Below, piece after piece: positions 1 through 8,900 of a stretch of DNA of 32,000 bases (positions are counted from its first letter, which is position 1; each line of letters begins with the position of its first letter). The position numbers and the translations under genes are program-made. Origin of the DNA: Aciduliprofundum boonei T469 (GTDB lineage: Archaea; Thermoplasmatota; Thermoplasmata; Thermoplasmatales; Aciduliprofundaceae); assembly GCF_000025665.1 (NCBI RefSeq), contig NC_013926.1:900001-932000 (forward strand). The letters run 5' to 3'. The notes below the pieces were generated by a model. The model did no database searches, was not told where the DNA came from, and was given only the letters and a program-made list of their open reading frames with translations.

Positions 1-440
1 TGAATTGCAAATATGAATGGCTCATCTTTACAGTTTTTCCAGCCATAAATCAAATCAATCTTATTTGCCGCGATAACAAAGGGGGTTTTGTATCTTTTGA
101 GAATATTTATTGATTCCACAGTTTGTGGCATTATTCCTTCGTTTATGTCTATAACCAATACTGCCAAATCTGCAAGAGCACCTCCCCTTGCCCTCAAGGT
201 TGTAAATGCCTCATGGCCAGGGGTATCTATGAAGAGAAGCCCTGGTACCTTGAATTTTTTGTTTATTAACTTTCCGCAAATCTTGTAAATTGCGTCAATA
301 GGTACCTCTGTAGCTCCAATATGCTGGGTAATTGCCCCTGCTTCTCTTCTTGCAACTGAAGTGCCACGAATTTTATCCAATAGTGTAGTCTTTCCATGAT
401 CAACATGGCCAAGAACACTGACAATCGGTTGCCTTATCAT
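1..440 (-). CDS. infB: translation initiation factor aIF5B (IF2-type GTPase), N-terminal part; gene continues beyond the left edge
   Basis: Not in the ORF track because it is open at the window edge. Minus-strand translation from ATG at 440 reads [47 protein letters not shown]...[17 protein letters not shown]. It carries GTPase G1 (GHVDHGKT) and G3 (DTPGH) motifs in an aIF5B-like context. Confidence 0.85.
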   Translation of the reverse strand, partial: MIRQPIVSVLGHVDHGKTTLLDKIRGTSVARREAGAITQHIGATEVPIDAIYKICGKLINKKFKVPGLLFIDTPGHEAFTTLRARGGALADLAVLVIDINEGIMPQTVESINILKRYKTPFVIAANKIDLIYGWKNCKDEPFIFAI

Positions 441-464
441 ATTTTCCCGTATAACAAGATTATA

Positions 465-1736
465 TTAAGATTTGCTTATTTCCTTCATTTTCCTAGGCAA
501 TGTATTCCAGCGCCAAGTTCCGTCCATAATCTCGCTATGGGAGTATCCCTTCTCTCTTAAAAACCCATACCATTTTTCAAAAAGCTCTGGATGCGTTCTC
601 TTCAAATTATGAAATTCAGAATTTAGCATAGAGGGACACATAAAGCAGCCTATACGCTCGTATCCCATATCGTATAGGGGATTATGAGGCAGTTTTTTCC
701 ATTCTAAAAATAGCCATACATCGAGAGCAAGCCAGTCTAAAATTGGATATATAACCTTCAAATTTCCAAGTTTTGATTCTTGAGGTCTTAGCATCCTTCC
801 TAAAGATTCATACTTTCTAGAACCATCAACTATTGTACCTTTGAATTTTTTTAGTCCTTCTAATTTTAAATATTTTGTGCACCATCGTCTATCCTTGGTT
901 GGTACTCCTAATTTTTCAACCATTTCCCAGAAATCTACTTTTGGCCTGATCTCAATTAGTTCAATACCCAGATAATCTGCAAAATTGTATGCGAACCTTT
1001 CCGTTTCTGGAAACTCCAATCCCGTATTGGCATATATTGCTCTCTTCACTCCTGCTTTGTATGCAAGGTATAGAGCTGTCTCGCTATCCTTGCCACCTGA
1101 GAAGGCTACATAATCTGCCTTTGCCCTTTTTATTCTCTCAATTGCCTCATTTTCAACTTTTTTCAAATATCCTAAATTTGCAGATATAGTATCTTTCATA
1201 CTGCTCTTTCTTGCAGTTTTTATTTTTCCACAGTAAATATCTTTTATTTTCGTACCTTTTTCTGTTTTAACTGCAACTCCTATGCAATTGCCCGATGAGA
1301 ATATTGCCCAATCTCCTTGGATATCCTTTTTTATTCTCTTACCCTTCAAATGTCCTTTGCTTTCAATTTTGAAATCTTCCACTCTGCCAAGAATATGAAA
1401 AAGTGATGCTCCCTTTCCTGTAGGTGTGAATTTCCATCTCCATATACCATCCTTTATGTATTCCATAATTCCTATCTTAAAACCGTCCACAAATACATCC
1501 TTGCGATAATCCAATCCGGGCTGCTTTGATAGAAGAATTAATCTTTTACTCAAGTAATTTCTTACTTCTTTGTAAGGTATGATCTTCGTTAAAATTTCTC
1601 TCTCATAATTGGAGGCAGGTCTTATATCTCCAAGATCATGAAATTTCAAAGTTCCACCTTTTTTACCGCATATATCGCATCTGTGTCCTCGCAAAGGCAC
1701 ATTGCAATTAAAACAGTGACCGATTTCCACGGACAA
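465..1736 (-). CDS. PAPS-reductase-family PP-loop ATPase with N-terminal zinc ribbon and a possible PUA-like middle domain
   Basis: 423-aa ORF with a TTG start. N-terminus has CFNC...CDIC (zinc ribbon). PP-loop motif is AFSGGKDS. RRWCTKYLKLEG and the C-terminal IGCFMCP are typical of the PAPS reductase / DndC-like family. The middle segment KGKRIKKDIQGDWAIFSSGNCIGVAVKTEKG resembles the end of a PUA barrel. Confidence 0.7.
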   Translation of the reverse strand: MSVEIGHCFNCNVPLRGHRCDICGKKGGTLKFHDLGDIRPASNYEREILTKIIPYKEVRNYLSKRLILLSKQPGLDYRKDVFVDGFKIGIMEYIKDGIWRWKFTPTGKGASLFHILGRVEDFKIESKGHLKGKRIKKDIQGDWAIFSSGNCIGVAVKTEKGTKIKDIYCGKIKTARKSSMKDTISANLGYLKKVENEAIERIKRAKADYVAFSGGKDSETALYLAYKAGVKRAIYANTGLEFPETERFAYNFADYLGIELIEIRPKVDFWEMVEKLGVPTKDRRWCTKYLKLEGLKKFKGTIVDGSRKYESLGRMLRPQESKLGNLKVIYPILDWLALDVWLFLEWKKLPHNPLYDMGYERIGCFMCPSMLNSEFHNLKRTHPELFEKWYGFLREKGYSHSEIMDGTWRWNTLPRKMKEISKS

Positions 1737-1761
1737 GCAAACTCTATTTGCATTATAAACT

Positions 1762-2433
1762 TTATTGCAAAATGATTACATCTCCAGCAACTACTTTTTT
1801 TATTTCTCCCTCTTTTTCAACAAGCAAAAATCCTTCGGGAGTTAAATCTTTAGCCAATCCTACGAAACTCTCATCTTCAACAATTTTAACCTTCTTGCCC
1901 AAGGTGCAATTGTATTTTTTCCAATCTTTTATTATCTCATCTCTCTCTTTCGCAATTTCATCTTCAAGTGTTTCCAAGAGTGTAGGAAGTAAATCATCTC
2001 TAGGGAGGTTAGGAATATTTATTGCTATATCTCTTATCTCCTCAGGTATATCGTTTTGGAGATTTATGCCCATTCCAAGAAGAATGTAACCTTTGTAATG
2101 CTCCCCAATCACGCCTGCAAGTTTCTTTCCCTTGTAAATCACATCATTTGGCCATTTCAAGCATGCTTTATACCCTTTTTTTTCTAAGGCTTTTGCTATT
2201 GCTATTCCCCCTACCAAACTTAGAATTTGTGGTTCTAGAGTACTTTTGAGAATTGCTGTAATCCAGAGGCCCCCGGGGGGAGAGTGCCAAATTCTACCCC
2301 GCCTACCTCTACCTGCGTTCTGCTCATCTGCTACAATGGCTACTCTATCCATCAAAATATTCTTTGCAATTTCTTGAGTCGAAGATACATATGGAAAGTA
2401 AATTACTTGAAATCCCATATATTTGAATTGCAT
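1762..2433 (-). CDS. birA: biotin--[acetyl-CoA-carboxylase] ligase (catalytic domain only, no N-terminal HTH)
   Basis: 223-aa ORF carrying the biotin protein ligase signature GRGRRGRIWHSPPGGLW, followed by KWPNDV. Confidence 0.85.
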   Translation of the reverse strand: MQFKYMGFQVIYFPYVSSTQEIAKNILMDRVAIVADEQNAGRGRRGRIWHSPPGGLWITAILKSTLEPQILSLVGGIAIAKALEKKGYKACLKWPNDVIYKGKKLAGVIGEHYKGYILLGMGINLQNDIPEEIRDIAINIPNLPRDDLLPTLLETLEDEIAKERDEIIKDWKKYNCTLGKKVKIVEDESFVGLAKDLTPEGFLLVEKEGEIKKVVAGDVIILQ

Positions 2434-2454
2434 GGTAGGTAATTAACCTTTTCT

Positions 2455-2760
2455 AAGAAGGGGCACCAAGCAGCGCCCTGTATAGCAGGGCTAGTTCGCA
2501 AATCCATTGGATTTGCTCATTTCCCCTTTCTAAACCTCTCCTTTTAACAGATGAGTATTGCACCTATGGCTAAGCCTTCTTGAAAGTTCTTTGATTGAAA
2601 AATTATAACAAGCTTTTTACCCTCTTACAACCATAAAACTTCTTTGGGGGTAAAGCACCTTTCTCAGGAACCACCAGCGAGTTCCTTTACCTCCTGCCAC
2701 AGAAAAAGAGAATGTTCCGAAGGGATGGGTTTGGAAAGGGAAACCGCAGGTGTCCCTTCC
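2455..2760. ncRNA. candidate structured non-coding RNA region (possibly two modules); identity and strand unresolved
   Basis: No credible ORF. The ends are GC-enriched and the centre is AT-rich. Several perfect helices are present: 2475-2491, 2498-2516, 2455-2461/2575-2581, 2646-2655/2685-2694, and long-range 2457-2467/2749-2759. No match seen to the SRP, RNase P or 5S core motifs that I can recall. Confidence 0.35.
2701..2712 (-). terminator. oligo-T tract downstream of tRNA-Val (possible archaeal terminator)
   Basis: The minus strand reads TTCTCTTTTTCT about 50 nt after the tRNA 3' end. It is preceded by the hairpin GGAAGGG...CCCTTTCC (2733-2760). Confidence 0.25.
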
Positions 2761-2836
<76 letters not shown>

Positions 2837-2903
2837 TTGATGGATTATAGAAGTTGGGTATTTTAATCTTATGCCAATTTAGAATGGTATGTACCCCATA
2901 AAG

Positions 2904-2911
2904 TTTAAATA
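2904..2911 (+). promoter_or_regulatory. TATA box for the giant surface-protein gene (leaderless-type spacing)
   Basis: TTTAAATA is centred about 27 nt upstream of the ATG at 2935. No Shine-Dalgarno-like sequence lies in between. Confidence 0.45.
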
Positions 2912-2934
2912 ATACACAAAGCAATAGGGCAAGT

Positions 2935-5900
2935 ATGAAAGTGAAGGGGAGAGTATATAAAAAAGAGAAAGGCGTTTCAGAAGTTTTGGGTAGTATACTT
3001 ATATTGCTAATAACTGTTATGTTATTTTCCACAGTATTTTATTATGTGAGTACCATGCCCACTCCTAAGGAGAGAATATATGCCCAGTTTGATGCAAATA
3101 TGAAAATTGAACAAAATGCAAATGGATATTATTACTTAAATATAACAGTGAAGAATGTTGGTGGAGAGAGTTTAGTTGATTGGAGAACTATGTTTATAAT
3201 AGTAATTGATTTCACAGCTAAGCAACATATGCTCTCTTGGTCAAATTTCTCAAAACAACCTTTTGATAAAGATGGAAAGTTCTCCCAGGGTGAAAGTTTT
3301 TATTATGATTCCTCTTGGGACGGCTTTACTTATCCATCCTTAGAAGACATTAAGGCCCTAAATATAGGGGTAACTCTTTTAGATAAAAATACTGGTAATA
3401 TAATATGGTCCACAAGGTTGCAAGGTAGGACTAATATGCCACCGATTCTTGTGGGTTTAACAACTTCTCCTTCACCACCCATTTTAGGTAAGCCTGCTAC
3501 TTTTAAGGCCATAATTTTTGATCCTGATAATAATGATGTAAGTGGATATAATGTGACTCTTGATTTCTCCAACAGTATTCTAAAATACTCAATCTATGGA
3601 TCACCAATAAAGCATATGAATTATTCTGGTAGTAACTCATTTACAACGATAGTCAGATTTAAGACTAATGAATCATTGGATATTTTGAGGCCATATACAG
3701 TTAGAGTAGAGATAAATTATGGTATATCTAGTACCCAAAATTTAGTTGTAAGTTATCCTGCTCATATATTTGTAAGCAGAGGTACACAATCTAAGGCACC
3801 TGATTTATATATCGATTCAAAATTTATAACTCTAAGTACTTTGGATCCTACTCATGGAGATAATGTACAAGTGTCGGTGACCATTGAAAACTTGGGGGGT
3901 ACTGGAGCAACATTTAAATTAAGGGTGTTTGATAAGTATGAAGGATATAAAAGTGCAACTAATCCAGATGGAATTATACCTATAAAAACTAATTTGGGAT
4001 CTTCAGAATATCTTCCCTCTAAAACTATGAATTATACTATAGCTGCTGCGGGGCAAACAACTATATCTTTCATTTGGGAGAATGTGGGGGCCAATGATAG
4101 TGGAGAGGATGTAGTTTCAAAAGTTTCAGGATCTCATCAGTTGGTATTTGAAATAATAAATGTATCTCCTGTTGAAAATCCAAACAAGTATAGTGATACT
4201 GCCACGGTATCTCTTACTGTGTTGCCTAGTATTCTCTTGGTTGATGATGATGGATATGCAGAAGGCTCTCCTTGGGATACGAGTAGGTATTACAAGTATT
4301 ATCTTGATACAGCAGGATATAAATATGATGTAGATAAAAGCACCATAAACATTGGGCAATTAAGAAATGATATATACTCTCATGACCTCGTTATATGGGA
4401 AACAGGATATAAAGAGGATCCAATCACTTCTCAACAGGCCTTGATCTTACAGAATTTTGTGTACAACAAGGGTGGAGCGTTGTGGCTTATAAGTCAAGAA
4501 ATATCTTCTACGAATTTGAAGACTATATTGAGCGATCAGAATATAGTAATATACTCTAAGGAGATGGATGCTATTGAAGGTGTTGAAAATACGGCAATAA
4601 ACTTAACTACATCCCAAGGGAATGTAATTAGTGATGAGATAATAAATAGGGATAATGCACCTAATGGAAATGATACAATATATTTTAACAGTGTTGGAAG
4701 CCTTAAAGAGTTTATAGTTGGACATATACCGGGAAATCCTACATCTAGCTACAGTCCTGTAGCAGTGTATAAGGATTATAGTACCATAAAGTCCATGGGC
4801 GGAAAGGTAGTGTATATGGGTTTTGAAATGTCTAGGATACATCATTATTATGCTCAAGACTTTATAGCATATAGGGTACTTAAATGGCTTGCCGGTATTA
4901 CAGGTAGAGCTGGAAATGATTTGGCTGTAGAAGATATGATTATAACTCCTAGGGATCCTCTTTATAAACAACCTGTCCATATAAGCGTTATAGTATCGAA
5001 TAATGGTGGAACTCCTCTTACTAGCAAAGTTTTACTTGAAGTGGATGGCATAGTGTCTCTAAATATAAACACCACAAATCCGAACTCTACAGGTACTATA
5101 CCACCAGAGGGCGGATTTGTTACAGTTAATTTTACATGGATACCTACTCAGCCAGGAAAGCACACTCTTACGGCTATTGTAAATCCATATCATACTATAA
5201 AGGAAACCAACTATCAAAATAATATAATAAATCAGGAAATTGTGGATACAAGCGTATTTGTTCATTTTTCTACTCTTGTAGTTTATAATAGCACTAAGCA
5301 ATATTCAGTCAATGAGAGAAATATTGTAATTTCAACTCTTCAGCACCTAGGTTATAGATACAAAACACTTGACACGCATTCTAGTAATTTGCCCAACGGG
5401 TATGAAACAGGGGATTACTTTGCTCAATACAATTTAGTTATCTGGGCAGATACGCCTATTGGGAAGAGAGATATAAATGCGATAACAGACTCCCTTGGCA
5501 ACAATCCAAATACCGGCCAAATTTTCTTAGGTAATGATATGGCGGGATATATTAATAGCAATAGTGATTTAAAAAGGTATTTGGGGATATCTCAGATGAG
5601 TTCAGAGAATGTTGAAAGTGAGAGTGTACTTTATGGCGTTAATAATGTGAACAGTGTTAGTAATGGTATTACCCTGGTAATAAAAGAAAATACTCAGCTG
5701 TATAATATCTCTGCTGCAGATGCCCAATCACTTTTCAGGACTTACGAGTCTGTCACTTCAGGTTATTTCGATTTAGAAAATTTATCTGCAGTATACGAGA
5801 ATTCCATACCTTCTACTGGTTATGGAATAGTATCGGAGATAACAGGAAGTGGAAGTAAATTTGCCATAGTTCCATTCAATTTAGAGAACATTATAGGTAT

Positions 5901-8900
5901 ATTTGGTCTAAAAAATGAAAGTATAGCTAAGCCGTATGCTCCTGCAGATCAGGGTGAGGCGCTATTGCTCTATAAATTGTTTAACTGGTTTGGTTACAAA
6001 CCCAATATGCCTGAATTGGCCACTTATACCTCGGATATAAATATTACTTATGGGGGAAATATTCCAAATCTTCCTCCTATAATTGGGCGCTCCTATATGC
6101 TTCGTACAAAAGTTTACAATTATGGTGCAGAGGGTACAAATGCTGTTGTGAGATTTTATGATGATTTCGATTGGATAGGAAGTAAAACCGTGTATGTGCC
6201 TGGTAATAGCTATGCTCAAGTGGAAATAAAATGGACCCCTATGTTTGCAGGAGCGGCTAGGCATATAAGGGTTATTGTTGATCCTTTAAATGAAGTTAAA
6301 GAGACGGTATTTAATGGAACGTCCAACAACGGTAAGGAAATATTCAATTTTAACAACGAAGCAATTAAAACTGTCAGAGTTTACTATTTCTGGGATAATA
6401 TGGAAAACGGTGCTGGAAACTGGATTCACGAGGCAACAGTACTTGATATAAATGGAGAGTCGCCTCTGGACTTTATAAATCGGAGAGATGTTAGTACCAA
6501 TGTGGTGGGTGACTGGGACTGGACATTAAGCGGAGATACAGATAGCGACGGAGTGTATACCCAAGATGGTAATACTTTCTATACAAACGATACCAAGGTT
6601 CTGAATTTCACTGGCGGTGCTTATCATTCTGCTTCAAGTGCATTCTGGATGCCTGAGGCACCAAGATTAAATAAGAGAAAACCTATTGATATCATATTTG
6701 TAATAGATACCTCTGGTAGTATGAATAGTGTAGTGCCTGGTGCCACTGTTGGGGATGTTAATGGTGATGGTAGATCAAATACTAGAATTGATGTAGCTAT
6801 CCAGGCCGCAATCGATGCTGTTAAGGAACTAGGTCCTCAAGATAGGGTTGCAGTTTTCACTTTTGATGGCAATAGTCACCCTGAAGAATATATGGGATTT
6901 ACATATGTAACTGCCGATAATTTACCAACTATTATTTCAGATTTGAAAGATATCCAGGCTGACGGTGGAACTCCCTTATATGATACTCTTTCTTGGGCGG
7001 TTTATTATATGGATACCCAATCTGCAGATAATCCTGATAGGGAGGATGCCACCCGTGGTATATTGGTATTGACTGATGGTTTAAGTAACTCTGATAATTA
7101 TGGCCCTAATAATGTGCGTAATGGAGCTAGGTTTGATTATGCACCAGGCACAGGTAGTTATGAAGTAGAAGATGGAGTTATAAAAAATTATCAGAAATAT
7201 GTATCCAGCGGGCTTCTTAAGGTCCCCTATAATCTCCTTGCAATCTCGGTAGCTCCAGATGCATGGGATGGGCGTTTATTCCCTATTGGAAACTCTTCCC
7301 AAGGAAGAATATCGATGGGCTTATTCGAAGACGATCCAGTAGCTATAGAGCAGGTATTCACCACATTCATACAACTTCTAATTCAGCAGACAACAGGTGG
7401 ACTTAGGGCAGTAGCACCAATGTCTTCTTATGGGGATAACTTAGGGAATAACTTATATGCTTCAACTACAATTCAGGGGCTTGGAGCTGTTGTGTTTTCC
7501 GATGGGTTCAGAGCTTATGCAAATGAAGGAGGTACAGGTACTCCTGATGATGCAAATACTCCGGGCTTCTTGGGTAGGTGGAAGCAGAGCGGCTTTACTA
7601 TTGTTTCTACGAATGATGGAAACTATTACTATAAAAGTCAAAGTAATTACTACTACTGGACAGATGAATATTGGGTTGCTCAAACGGATGGTAAGGGAAA
7701 TGGAAACCAGCCGCCCTATCTTGAGCATACTATATATCCCGGAGATGTTCTAAAATATCACTATCCTGGTAGTTACACTATAAAAGGTGCTGAAATAAGA
7801 TTCTGGGTTGGAAAGAACTATGAGGACAGTAATTATCCTGATGCTACTATTAATGTGTATGCTAATGGTCAACTTCTTACAACACTTACCCATGTTTTAT
7901 CAGATACGGATGAGGCATATTATTCTGTTACTATACCCGTTTCTATATATGATTTATCTACATATACCATAAATATAACAGTCGTTAACACCGATGATTA
8001 TATAGCAATAGACGATGTAATGGTTGTGTACTACATAGATTACACTCCGCCATCTTCAAGCTCTGGAGGGTCTGGGGGAACTATTCCCGCAGATTATTCT
8101 TCCGTTGTGGATGTAAAAGCGAATTATACTTATTTTATAACTCAACCTGTTGAAGTTTCTGGTGCAAAGAAGGCATTTCTAACCTTCTGGACAAAGTACT
8201 GGATGACGCAGGGTACTAATGGAGGTATAATTTATCTATGGGGATCAAATGATGAAAACTCTTGGACATGGGATTCGGCTTCAAGGGTTTATCTTATGCC
8301 AACACAATCTTACACAGGCAACTTAAAGATTTCTGGAGTTAATAATTATGCTACAACTGGAGGACCAAAAATAGATGGAAGTCAAAATGGACTCGTTGAT
8401 AAATATGGAAATAAGCCCTACTGGTGTTTCAATGGAAGAAGTGGTGATGGTACATTTGGCTGGGATTATATTTCAGTGGATCTATCTCCATATATATCAG
8501 AGTTCAAGTACATAAGAATAGTTTTTATGCTTGTACAATTTGGTGGAGTTGGACCAAACAATGGTTGGGATCCAGCTATGGGTTGGTACTTGGATGATGT
8601 AAAGATTTCTATAACATCCGACAATTCAAAAGATTTGTGGCAATTATACAATTTTGGAGGTACGGGAGCTGAGAAAGCACACTCAGGAGATTATGCTTGG
8701 GCCTATGGAATTTCCTCTAATAACTGGGCTCTTCCAGAAGGTGTAGATTCATCTTTGATAACTAAGCAGATAGATTTGAGTACAGCTAGGACAGCGTATC
8801 TCTATTTCTGGATACGCTTTAATTTGAATCCTGCGGCAGGCTTACCACCAGCTACTGTGCGTGTGGAAATAAGTGATGACAATGGAATGACTTGGAGCTC

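Noticed and set aside
2455-2760. Assigning the structured region to SRP (7S) RNA, RNase P RNA or 5S rRNA
   Set aside because: Only short partial resemblances were found: CCCTGTAT resembles the SRP Alu UGUAA turn, GCCACAGAAAAAG at 2696-2708 resembles a short RNase P motif, and minus-strand AGAAGGCTTAGCC and GTAAGAGGG resemble RNase P CR-V/CR-III. The diagnostic cores are absent or cannot pair: the SRP helix 8 GGAAGGGAGCA-type loop, RNase P GAGGAAAGUCC with a complementary GGCUUA P4 strand, and the 5S loop C/helix II. I leave the identity open rather than name it.
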